Position numbers and translations under genes: made by a program. This document shows, one piece after another, positions 48,457 through 59,695 of a stretch of DNA of 64,000 nt (position 1 is its first letter; each line of letters opens with the position of its first letter). The notes under the pieces were generated by a model that saw nothing but the letters and a program-made list of their open reading frames with translations, was not told where the DNA came from and did not search any database. Origin of the DNA: Malacoraja senta (taxonomy: Eukaryota); the NCBI GenBank assembly GCA_038087875.1, contig JAXLNO010000462.1, positions 310,001 through 374,000 of the forward strand, given 5' to 3'.

Positions 48457-48751
48457 TTAGTTTAGTTTAGAGATACAGCACGGAAGCAGGCCCTTCGGCC
48501 CACCGAGTCTGTGCCGAATAGCGATCCCCGTACACACACACACTAGGGGACAATTTACAATCTTTACCGAATCCAATTAGCCTACGAACCCGCACGTCTT
48601 TGGAGTGTGGGAGGAAACCGGAGAAACGCCCGGAGAAAAGCCAGGCAGGTCACGGGGAGAAGGTGCAAACCTCGTACAGACAGCACCTGTGGTCTGGATG
48701 GAACCCGGGTCTGTGGCCCCGTGAGGCAGCAACTCTACCGCTGCACCACCG
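48457..48751 (-). mobile_element. Full-length HE1-like V-SINE
   Basis: Minus strand: tRNA-like head (ggtggtgcagcggtagagttgctgcctcac...ggttccatcc), V core, LINE-derived tail ending (ctaaa)n. Confidence 0.85.
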
Positions 48752-49087
48752 ATAGTTTAGATTATTGTCATGTGTAGTGAACAGCTTTTAACCAGCATGC
48801 TATCCAGTCAGCGCAACGACTGAACAAGCCTCTCATAATTTTATATCCCTTCCCTCTCCCTACCCCTCCTCTACCTTCCCCCTCCCCTCCCCTCTTCTCT
48901 CCCCTCCCCTCTTCTCTCCTCCCCATTCCTCCTCTCCCCTCTTCTCTCCTCTCCCCTCTTCTCTCCTCCTCTTCCCACTCCCCTCCTCTCCTCTCCCCTC
49001 CTCTTCCCTCTCCTCCACTCCCCTCCTCCCTTCCCACCCATCTCTCTCCGTCCCTCCCTCTCTTTCCCCTCTCCCGTGTGTGTGTAG

Positions 49088-49179
49088 GACCCGGAGCAGA
49101 GAGAGGAGCGGAGACGCAGCGGGAATCCCGGCTATTTGCCAGGGTCTCCTGTGCTGGCCTTCCGAGGGCAGGAGCCTGT
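49088..49179 (+). CDS. TCTN3: Tectonic-3-like exon I: DPEQREERRRSGNPGYLPGSPVLAFRGQEP(V)
   Basis: tAG acceptor; hallmark SGNPGY motif; ends at a U12 donor ATATCCTT. Confidence 0.92.
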
Positions 49180-49486
49180 ATATCCTTCTGTCGGAGAGGG
49201 GTTGGGGAGGGGAGGGGAGGAGAGGGGATGTGAGGTGAGGGGAGAAGAGGGGGAGGGGAGAGGAGTGGAGGAGAGGGGAGGTGAGAAGAGGGGGGGAGGG
49301 GAGAGGGGATGGAGGAGAGGGGGAGGAGAGGGGAGGGGACACTGGGCTTGGTAAACCACTGGATGGAGTGGAGCAGGACTGGGCCGGTCTCTTCCTCCCC
49401 CTCGCTCTCTCCCTCCCTGCCCCCCGTCCCCCACCCACCCACTCACCAGATGCAGGGACAGATCCTTGACCCCCTCCCTCTCTCAC
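49180..49486 (+). other. U12-type (minor spliceosome) AT-AC intron, 307 nt
   Basis: 5' ATATCCTT (49180-49187), branch site TCCTTGAC (49463-49470), terminal AC (49485-49486); joins exons in frame. Confidence 0.92.
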
Positions 49487-49588
49487 GCCTCTGAGTCTAG
49501 TGCGGGCCGACGGCTACGGCAGGTGTGATGCCAGCTACAGGAACACAGTGGACTTCACACTCAACTCCAGGACAGGATGCTCACACAG
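49487..49588 (+). CDS. TCTN3: Tectonic-3-like exon J: PLSLVRADGYGRCDASYRNTVDFTLNSRTGCSH
   Basis: AC acceptor / GTGGGA donor; 102 nt, phase 2 to 2; GxC...RxxVxFxxN..GC motif. Confidence 0.9.
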
Positions 49589-49693
49589 GTGGGAGAGACA
49601 GAGGGAGAGACGGAGAGAGAGAGAGAGAGAGACAGAGGGGGGGAGAGACAGAGAGGGAGGGAGAGAGAGAGAGGGAGGGAGGGAGAGAGAAAC

Positions 49694-50882
49694 AGACATA
49701 GAAAATAGGTGCAGGAGTAGGCCATTCGGCCGTTCGAGCCAGCACCGCCATTCATTGTGATCATGGCTGATCATCCCCTATCAATAACCCGTGCCTGCCT
49801 CCCCATATCCCTTGATTCCACTACCCCTAGAGCTCTATCTAACTCTCTTAAATCCATCCAGTAACTTGGCCTCCACTGCCCTCTGTGGCAGGGAATTCCA
49901 TAAATTCACAACTCTCTGGGTGTGACGTTTTTTCTCACCTCAGTCTTAAATGGCCTCCCCTTTATTCTAAGACTGTGGCCCCTGGTTCTGGACTCGCCCA
50001 ACATTGGGAACATTTTTCCTGCATCTAGCCTATCCAGTCCTTTTATAATTTTATATGTTTCTATAAGACCCCCCCCTCATCATTCTTAACTCCAGTGAAT
50101 ACAAGCCCAGTCTTTTCAATCTTTCCTCATATGACAGTCCCACCATCCCATTCAATCTCATGAACCTACGCTGCAATGCCTCAATCACAAGGATGTCCTT
50201 CCTCAAATTAGGAGACCAAAACTGCACACAATACTCCAGATGTGGTCTCACCAGAGCCCTATACAACTGCAGAAGAACCTCTTTACTCCTATACTAAAAT
50301 CCTCTTGTTATGAAGGCCATTAGCTTTCTTCACTGCCTGCTGTACCTGCGCGCCAACTTTCAGTGACCAGTGTACAAGGACACCCAGGTCTTGCTGTACC
50401 TCCCCCTAACCACATTGAGATAATAATCTGCCCCCTTGTTTTTGCCACCAAAGTGGATAACCTCACATTTATCTATATTATACTGCATCTGCTACGCATC
50501 TGCCCACTCACTCAAACTGACCAGGTCACCCTGCAACCTCCTAACTTCCTCTTCACAGTTCACACTGCTACCCAGCTTTGTGTCATCCGCAAACTTGCTA
50601 GTGTTGCTCCTAATTCCCTCTTCCAAATCATTAATATATATGGTAAACAGTTGTGGCCCCAACACCAAGCCTTGCGGCACTCCACTCGCCACTGCCTGCC
50701 ATTCTGAAAAGGACCCGTTCACTCCTACTCTTTGCTTCCGGTCTGCCAACCAATTTTCTATCCACGCAACACCCTACACCCAATACCATGTGCTCTAATT
50801 TTAGTCACCAGTCTCCCGTGCGGGACCTTATCAAAGGCTTTCTGAAAGTCTAGATGCACTACATCCACTGGCACCCCTTCAT
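49694..50882 (-). mobile_element. CR1 LINE 3' part
   Basis: [21 protein letters not shown] on the minus strand. Confidence 0.9.
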
Positions 50883-51258
50883 CTCCCCTCCTGAGAGAGA
50901 GGGAGGGAGGGGGAGAGAGAGAAAGAGAGACAGAAAGGAAGGGAGAGAGAGGGAGTGAGGGGGGAGGGGGAGAGGAAGGGAGAGAGAGGGAGTGAGAATT
51001 AGAGTGAGGGGGAGAATAGAGAGGGAGAGAGACAGAGAGGGATGGAGAAGGGGAGGGGGAGAGAGGGAGAGAGACAGACAGAGAGGGAGGGAAAGATAGG
51101 GAATGAGATGTTGGTACAGGTGAGGGGAGAGCGGTGGTTAGAGCGGAGGGAGGGAGAGGGCTCCCTGATTTCCCCTTTGAATCTGACCCCTCTCCCCACC
51201 CTATCTTTCTTCCCTCTCCTTCCCCCTCTCTCTCTCCCTCTCCGCCTCCCCCCTCCAG

Positions 51259-51415
51259 TCTGGATCCAGCTGCTACCTGTCGGGAGCGCCAGGAATCCAT
51301 CAACCTCCTGCTTCTCGGCAACAGAATTTCCGACTCCCTCGGTATCCTGGGCAACGCCTCCGGGATGGACACGTCAAGCCTGACCCGCGTGCTCAACTCT
51401 CCCCCATCTGCTGCG
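51259..51415 (+). CDS. TCTN3: Tectonic-3-like exon K: LDPAATCRERQESINLLLLGNRISDSLGILGNASGMDTSSLTRVLNSPPSAA
   Basis: ccAG / GTGAGT; 157 nt, phase 2 to 0; GNA...TRxLN motif. Confidence 0.9.
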
Positions 51416-51431
51416 GTGAGTCCCTCATCTC

Positions 51432-51748
51432 TATGGCCCACCGAGTCCGTGCCGACCAGCGATCGCACGTTTACACACTAGTTTAGTTCAGAGATACAGC
51501 GCGGAAACAGGCCCTTCCCCACCGAGTCCGTGCTGACCAGCGATCCCCGCACACTAACATTATCCTACACACACTAGGGACAATTTACAATTACACCAAG
51601 CAGATTAACCAACAAACCCCCACACACACCTGCACCTGCAATTTGCTCCTACACAAACTAAACTAGTGCATGAACGGGCGATCGCTGGTCGGCACGGACT
51701 CGGTGGGCCGAAGGGCCTGTTTCTACGCTGTATCTCTAAACTAAACTG
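51432..51748. mobile_element. HE1-like SINE tail fragments in inverted arrangement
   Basis: Minus-strand pieces at 51432-51620 and a plus-strand piece at 51655-51748. Confidence 0.75.
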
Positions 51749-51764
51749 AGCCACACCTTTGCAG

Positions 51765-51902
51765 GATGTTAAATGTGAGGCCATTTGCAGTCTTGCTCTG
51801 AAGATGGATGTGGAGATCTTGTGGGCTCGTCTTGGTTCTGTATCTAATCCACAGTCCGCTATTCTGGGAGGTCGCTTTCAGTACCACAGCCAGGACGTTC
51901 AG
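51765..51902 (+). CDS. TCTN3: Tectonic-3-like exon L: DVKCEAICSLALKMDVEILWARLGSVSNPQSAILGGRFQYHSQDVQ
   Basis: gcAG / GTGTGT; 138 nt; LWAxxGxxSNPQ motif. Confidence 0.93.
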
Positions 51903-52677
51903 GTGTGTAAATTGTCACCCCCCCCCCGGGGAAGGAGAGGTTCACAGAGAAGGAGAGAGACAGAGAGCGAGAGAGGAGGGGAGGGACAGGGAGGGATGAG
52001 AGAGTGAATAGTGAAAGGCCCGGATAGAGTGGATGTGGAAAGGAGGTTTCCACTTGTGGGAGAGTCTAGGACCAGAGGGCACAGCCTCAGAATTAAAGGG
52101 ACATTCCTTTAGGAAGATGAGGAGGAATTTCTTTAGCCAGAGGGTGGTGAATCTGTAGGATTCGTTGCCACAGACGGCGGTGGAGGCCACAAGTCAGTGG
52201 ATATATTTAAGGCAGAGATAAATAGATTATTGATTAGTACGGGTGTCAGGGGTTATGGGGAGAAGGCAGGAGAATGGGGTTAGGAGGGAGAGATAGATCA
52301 GCCATTTTTCGGGGGAGGGAGAGGGAGAGAGAAAGCGGGGAGATGGGGGTGTTGGGACAGGCTCATGTGCTGGGTAGAGAGTATGTGGGGGGAGACTGGT
52401 CTCGACAGAGCGAGGAGACGCGGGGATGGGGGTGGGGGAGAGACTTGTGCGTGTTAATGCATCACACTAACCCTCCCTCTCTCCCCTCGCCTCTTCTCCC
52501 CTATCTCCCCCTTTCTCTCCCACCTCTCTCTCCCCTCTCTCCATTCTCTCCCGCCCCCTCTCTCTCCCTCCTCTCTCTCTCTCCCTCCCCCTCTCCCTCC
52601 ACTCTCTCTCCCTCCCCTCTCTCTCGCCCCCTCTCTCCACTCTCCATTCTCTCTTCCCTCTCTCCCCACCACCACAG

Positions 52678-52902
52678 TGTGACAAGACTGAGATCACCCT
52701 CCAGTCCTCTGTGACTTTTCTCGATGCCTCTCTCCCCCCCCCTCCTCCTCGTGACTCCCCCTCCCCTCAAGAAAAGTTGCCTCACGACATTTTCCTCCCC
52801 TTCCGGGGGCTGGAGTTTGTGGGGGGAGCGTTAGGAGAGGCTGGGAGAGCGACCGGCAGGATCTGGATTGTAATAGTAGCCATCACCTTCAGTCGACTTT
52901 AA
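52678..52902 (+). CDS. TCTN3: Tectonic-3-like last coding exon: CDKTEITLQSSVTFLDASLPPPPPRDSPSPQEKLPHDIFLPFRG...IWIVIVAITFSRL*
   Basis: cAG acceptor; VTFxD...LPxDxFxPF motif; short hydrophobic tail; TAA at 52900-52902. Confidence 0.92.
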   Translation, partial: CDKTEITLQSSVTFLDASLPPPPPRDSPSPQEKLPHDIFLPFRGLEFVGGALGEAGRATGRIWIVIVAITFSRL

Positions 52903-53462
52903 CCCCCCCCCCCTCTCTCTATCCCTCCCCCTCTCTCTCTCCTCCCCCTCTCTCTCTCTCTCTCTCTCCCCTCTCTCTCTCCTCTCTCTCTCCCCCTCTC
53001 TCTCTCCTCCCCCTCTCTCCTCCCCTCTCTTTCCCTCCCTCTCTCCTCTCTCTCTCCACACCCCCTCTCTCCCCGCCTCTCTCTCTCTCTCCCTCTTTTT
53101 CCTCCACCTCTCTCTCTCTCCTCCCCCTCCCTCTCTCTCCTCCCTCCCCACCCCCTCTCCCCCCTTCGTCTCCCTCTCTCTCTCCTCTCTCTCTCTCCCC
53201 CTCTTTCTCCTCCCTCCCTCTCTCTCTCTCCTCCCTCCTTCTCTCTCTCCCTCTCTCTCCTCCCCCCTCTCCCCTCCTCTCTCTCTCTCCCTCCCTCTCT
53301 CTCCTCCCCCCCTCTCTCCCCTCTCTCTCTCTCTCTCCTCCCCCCCTCTCTCTCTCCCACCCTCTCTCTCTCTCCCCCACTCACCCCCCCTCTCTCCCCA
53401 CCCCTGGAGTCTAACACTAGGTTGCGAAGGTCGTCTCCGTGCTGTTACCACGAATCATTGCA

Positions 53463-53468
53463 AATAAA
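53463..53468 (+). promoter_or_regulatory. Candidate poly(A) signal AATAAA for the TCTN3-like gene
   Basis: First AATAAA after the stop codon and the CT-rich 3' UTR. Confidence 0.55.
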
Positions 53469-54146
53469 ACCAAAGGTATATTTTCTTACATCATTACTCG
53501 CATCCACCTCTGCCTGCTTCTAAACTGAGGGGGGAAAGAGGGAGGGAGCGAAGGAGAGGGAGGGAGAGAGAGAGGGAGGTGGGAGGGAGAGAGGTCGGTC
53601 TGTGAAAATATTTGGCCTTGCTCTGCTGAGAAATTTTCACTTACAGATACGTTGAAGAAAGATCTACTTTCCACTTAGCTGCGAACTTGTTCTTACAGAT
53701 AAATATTAACAGGGCAGACTCGAGTTCCACTTGGCTCTTGTACTAGAGCGTGGCTTCATTGTATTTATTACTTTCATTGTATTTATTAATAGTAATAACT
53801 GATGTTTGATTCAGAGCTAGATACATAGACAATAAGTGCAGGAGTCGGCCATTCGGCCCTTTGAGCCAGCACCACTATTCAATAACGATCATGGCTGATC
53901 ATCCACAATCAGTACCCCCGTTCCTGCCTTCTCCCCATAATCCCTTGATTCCGTTAGCCCCGAAGAGCAAAAATCTACCTCTCTCTTAAAAACATCCTGT
54001 GAATTGGCCTCCACTTCCTTCTGTGGCAGAGAATCCCACAGATTCACAACTCTCCGGGTGGAAAAGTTTCTCCTCATCTCAGTCCTAAATTGCCACAGAT
54101 TCACAACTCTCTGGGTGGAAAAATTGCCACAGATTTACAACTCTCT

Positions 54147-55453
54147 AGGGGAGGGACTCAAATAGAGAAAGCTAGTAGACAGTGTGTGAGGCAGGAGGCA
54201 GAGAAGGGAAGCACTCAGACCCAACATGTAGGGGAGAAAGAAGAAAAATGCAATAAACAGAATAAGAGGTGGTGGGTTTCTTAAATGTGTATATTTTAAT
54301 GCTAGGAGCATTGTAAGAAAGGTGGATGAGCTAGAGCCTGGATTGACACCTGGAAGTATGATGTTGTGGCGATTATTGTGAATTTTTTGAAGAGATTACT
54401 AGGGAAATTGATGAGGGTAAAGCGGTGGATGTTGTCTATATGGACTTCAGTAAGGCCTTTGACAAGGTTCCACATGGAAGGTTGGTTAAGAAGATTCAAT
54501 TGTTGGGTATTAATGGTGGAGTAGCAATATGGATTCAACAGTGGCTGAATGGGAGATGCCAGAGAGTAATGCTGGATGGCTGTTTGTCAGGTTGGAGGCT
54601 GGTGACTAGTGGGGTGCCTCAGGGGTCTGTGTTGGTCCACTGTTGTTTGTCATATACATCAATGATATGGATGATGGTGTGGTAAATTGGATTAGTAAGT
54701 TTGCAGCTGATACTAAGATAGGTGGTGGTGTGGATAATGAAGTAGATTTTCAAAGTCTACAGAGAGATTTAGGCCATTTGGAAGAGTGGGCTGAAAGATG
54801 GCAGATGGAGTTTTATGCTGATAAGTGTGATGTGCTACATCTTGGTAGGACATATCAAAATAGGACGTAACATGGTAAATGGTAGCGAATTGAGGAATGC
54901 AGTTGAACAGAGGGATCTAGGAATAACTGCATAGTTCCCTGAAGGTGGAATCTCATGATGGTAGGGTGGTAAAGAAAGCTTTTGGTGTGCTGGCCTTTAT
55001 AAATCAGAGCATTGAGTATAGAAGTTGGGATTTAATGTTAAAATTGGTACAAGGCATTGGTGAGGCCAATTCTGGAGTATGGAGTACAACGTTGGTCGCC
55101 TAATTATAGGAAGGATGTCAACAAAATAGAGAGAGTACAGAGGAGATTTACTAGAATGTTGCCTGGGTTTCGTCAACTAAGTTACAGAGAAAGGTTGAAC
55201 AAGTTTGGTCTTTATTCTTTGGAGCGCAGAAGGTTATGAGGGGACTTGATAGAGGTCTTTAAAATTATGAGCGGGTTAGACAGAGTGGACGTGGATAAGC
55301 TTTTGCCATTGAGAGTAGGGAAGATTCAAACAAGGGGACATGACTTGAGAATTAAGGGACAGAAGTTTAGGGGTAACATTAGGGGGAACTTCTTTACTCA
55401 GAGAGTGGTAGCTGTGGAATGAGCTTCCAGTGGGAAGTGGTGGAGGCAGGTTC
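54147..55453 (+). mobile_element. CR1 copy with a large internal deletion (APE start fused to RT near 54375)
   Basis: WKYDVVAI sequence followed directly by EFFEEITREIDEG. Confidence 0.85.
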
Positions 55454-57110
55454 ATAGATACATAGATACATTGAAAATAGGTGCAGGAGTAGGCCATTCG
55501 GCCCTTCGAGCCTGCACCGCCATTCAATATGATCATGGCTGATCATCCAACTCAGTATCCCGTACCTGCCTTCTCTCCATACCCCCTGATCCCTTTAGCC
55601 ACAAGGGCCACATCTAACTCCCTCTTAAATATAGCCAATGAACTGGCCTCAACTACCTGTGTGAAAACGTTTTTCCTCATCTCGGTCTTAAAGGATTTCC
55701 CCCTTATCCTTAAGCTGTGACCCCTTGTCCTGGACTTCCCCAACATCGGGGAACAATCTTCCTGCATCTAGCCTGTCCCAACCCCATAAGAATTTTGTAC
55801 GTTTCTATAAGATCCCCTCTCAATCTCCTAAATTCTAGCGAGTATAAGCCAAGTCTATCCAGTCTTTCTTCATATGAAAGTCCTGACATCCCAGGAATCA
55901 GTCTGGTGAACCTTCTCTGCACTCCCTCTATGGCTATAATGTCCTTCCTCAGAATTTGGAGACCAAAACTGAACGCAATACTCCAGGTGTGGTCTCACCA
56001 AGACCCTGTACAACTGCAGTAGAACCTCCCTGCTCCTATACTCAAATCCTCTTGCTATGAAGGCCAACATACCATTCGCTTTCTCACTGCCTGCTGCACC
56101 TGCATGCCTACTTTCAATGACTGGTGTACCATGACACCCAGGTCTCGCTGCACCTCCCCCATTTCCTAATCGGCCACCATTTAGATAATAGTCTGCCTTC
56201 CCGTTTTTGCCACCAAAGTGGATAACCTCACATTTATCCACATTATACTGCATCTGCCAAACATTTGCCCACTCACCCAGCCTATCCAAGTCACCTTGCA
56301 GTCTCCTAGCATCCTCCTCACAGCTAACACTGCCCCCCAGCTTAGTGTCATCCGCAAACTTGGAGATGTTGCTTTCAATTCCCTCGTCCAGATCATTAAT
56401 ATAAATTGTAAAATAGCTGGGGTCCCAGCACTGAGCCTTGCGGTACCCCACTAGTCACTGCCTGCCATTGTGAAAAGGACCCGTTACTCCTACTCTTTGC
56501 TTCCTGTTTGCCAGCCAGTTCTCTATCCACATCAATACTGAACCCCCAATACCGTGTGATTTAAGTTTGTATCCTAATCTCTTATGTGGTATCTTGTCGA
56601 AAGCCTTCTGAAAGTCCCAGATACAACACATCCACTGGTTCTCCCCTATCCACTCTACTAGTTACATCCTCGAAAAATTCTATAATATTCGTCAGACACG
56701 ATTTACCTTTCGTAAATCCATGCTGACTTTGTGCAATGATTTCACCACTTTCCAAATGTGCTGCTATCCCATCTTTAATAACTGACTCTAGCAGTTCCCC
56801 ACTACCGATGTTAGACTAACTGGTCTGTAATTCCCCGTTTTCTCTCTCCCTCCCTTCTTAAAAAGGGGGGTTACGTTTGCTACCCTCCAATCCTCAGGAA
56901 CTACTCCAGAATCTAAAGAATTTTGAAAAATTATCACTAATGCATCCACTATTTCTGGAGCTACTTCCTTAAGTACTCTGGGATGCAGCCTATCTGGCCC
57001 TGGTGATTTATCGGCCTTTAATCCATTCAATTTACCCAACACCACTTCCCGACTAACCTGGATTCACTCAGTTCCTCCATCTCCTTTGACCCCTGCTATT
57101 TCCGGCATGT
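55454..57110 (-). mobile_element. CR1 LINE, same subfamily and orientation as 3397-4662
   Basis: Near-identical nucleotide text with scattered 1-bp indels. Confidence 0.9.
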
Positions 57111-57284
57111 TATCCTTTAAAATAGATTGGATAGGTATATGGACGGTAAGGAATGGAGGGTTATGGTCTGAGTGCAGGTAGATGGGACTAGGGGGAAAGT
57201 AAAAAAAGAAAAAATTTAAAAAGCATTCGGCACAGCCTTGAAGGGTCGAGATGGCCTGTTTCCGTGCTGTAATGGTTATATGAT

Positions 57285-59695
57285 TAGTGAAACATGGTTG
57301 CAGGATGGCTGTGATTGGAAACTAAAATATTCCAGGATTTCGTTGCTTCAGGTGTGATAGAATTGGAGGGGCAGGAGGTGGAGGTGTTGCATTGCTTGTC
57401 AGAAGATATTACAGCAGTGCTTTGGCAGGATAGATGAGAGAGCTCGTCTAGGGAGGCTATTTGGGTGGAACTGAGAAATGGGAATTGTGTAGCAACACTT
57501 ATAGGGGTGTATTATAGACCGCCAAATGGGTAGCGAGAATTGGAAGAGTAAATATGTAAGGGGATAGCAGATATTGGTAGTAAGCACATGGTAGTGATTG
57601 TGGGAGATTTCAATTTTCCACACATAGACTGGGAAACACATTCTGTAAAAGGGCTGGATGGTTTGGAGTTTGTAAAATGTGTGCAGGATAGTTTTATGCA
57701 GCAATACATAGAGGTACCTACTAGAGAAGGGGCAGTGCTGGACCTCCTGTTAGGAAATGAGACAGGGCAGGTGGCGGAGGTATGCGTTGGGGAGCACTTC
57801 GGGTCCAGTGATCACAATACCATTAGTTTCAATATAATTATGGAGAAGGTCAGAACTGGACCAACGGTTGAGATTTTTGATTGGAGAAAGGCTAACTTTG
57901 AGGAGATGCGAAAGGATTTAATAGGAGTGAATTGGGACATTTTGTTTTATGGGAAGGATGTAGAAGAGAAAAGGAGGACATTTAAAGATGAAATTTTAAG
58001 AGTACAGAATCTTTATGTCCCTGTTCGGTTGAAAGGAAAGTAATAATTTGGAAAGAGCCAGGGTTTTCAAGGAAATTGGACACTTGGTTCGGAAAAGAGA
58101 GAGATCTACAATAATTATAGGCAGCATGGAGTCAATGAGGTGCTTGAGGAGTATAAAGAATGTAAAAGAATCTTAAGAAAGAAATTAGAAAAGCTAAAAG
58201 AAGATATGAGGTTGCTCTGGCAAGTAAGGTGAATAAATCCAAAGGGTTACTACAGTTATATTAATAGCAGAAGGATAACGAGGGATAAAGTTGGTCCATT
58301 AGAGAGTCAGAGTGGACAGGTATCTGCAGAGCCAAAAGAGATGGGGGAGATATTGAACAATTTCTTTTCTTCGATATTCACCAAGGAGAAGGATATGGAA
58401 TTATGTGAGGTAAGGGAAACAAGTAGAGTAGCTATGGAGACTGAGGATCAAAGAAGAGGAAGTACTGACACTTTTGAAAAATATAAAAGTGGATAAGTCT
58501 CCAGGTCCTGACAGGATATTCCCTGGGACATTGAGGGAAGTTAGTGTAGAAATAGCAGGGGCTATGACAGAAATGTTTCAAATATCATTAGAAACGGGAA
58601 TGGTGCCGGAGGATTGGCGTACTGCGCATGTTGTTCCATTGTTTAAAAAGGTTTCTGAGAGTAAACCTAGCAATTATAGACCTGTTAGTTTGACATCAGT
58701 GGTGGGCAAATTAATGAGATAATATATACAATCATCTGGATAAACAGGGTCTGATTAGGAACAGTCAACATGGATTTGTGCCTGGAAGGTCATGTTTGAC
58801 TAACCTTGAATTTTTTCGAAGAGGTTACTAGGGAAATTGATGAGGGTAAAGCGGTGGATGTTGTCTATATGGACTTCAGTAAGGCCTTTGACAAGGTTCC
58901 ACATGGAAGGTTGGTTAAGAAGATTCAATTGTTGGGTATTAATGGTGGAGTAGCAAGATGGATTCAACAGTGGCTGAATGGGAGATGCCAGAGAGTAATG
59001 GTGGATGGCTGTTTGTCAGGTTGGAGGCCGGTGACTAGTGGGGTGCCTCAGGGGTCTGTGTTGGGTCACTGTTGTTTGTCATATACATCAATGATCTGGA
59101 TGATGGTGTGGCAAATTGGATTAGTAAGTATGCAGCTGATACTAAGATAGGTGGTGTTGTTGATAATGAAGTAGATTTTAAAAGTCTACAGAGAGATTTA
59201 GGCCATTTGGAAGAGTGGGCTGAAAGATGGCAGATGGAGTTTAAATGCTGCTAAGTGTGAGGTGGCTACATCTTGGTAGGACATATCAAAATAGGACGTA
59301 CATGGTAAATGGTAGCGAATTGAGGAATGCAGTTGAACAGAGGGATCTAGGAATAACTGCATAGTTCCCTGAAGGTGGAATCTCATGTAGATAGGGTGGT
59401 AAAGAAAAGCTTTTGGTGTGTTGGCTTTATAAATCAGAGCATTGAGTATAGAAGTTGGGATGTAATGTTAAAATTGTACAAGGCATTGGTGAGGCCCATT
59501 CTGGAGTATGGTGTACAATTTTGATTGCCAAATTATAGGAAAGATGTCAACAAAATAGAGAGAATACAGAGAAGATTTACTAGAATGTTGCCTGGGTTTC
59601 AGCACCTAAGTTACAGAGAAAGGTTGAACAAGTTAGGGTCTTTATTTGGGAGCGCAGAAGGTTAAGAGGGGACTTGATAGAGGTCTTCAAAATGA
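57285..59695 (+). mobile_element. CR1 ORF2 (APE and RT), many frameshifts, 3' end missing
   Basis: ORFs 57588-58043 (GDFN, SDH), 58474-58722, 58806-59150. Confidence 0.9.

Noticed and set aside
48690..48751. tRNA-like sequence (also 22678-22732 and 23755-23815)
   Set aside because: tRNA-derived SINE heads, attached to V-SINE bodies in the longer copies; no complete cloverleaf seen
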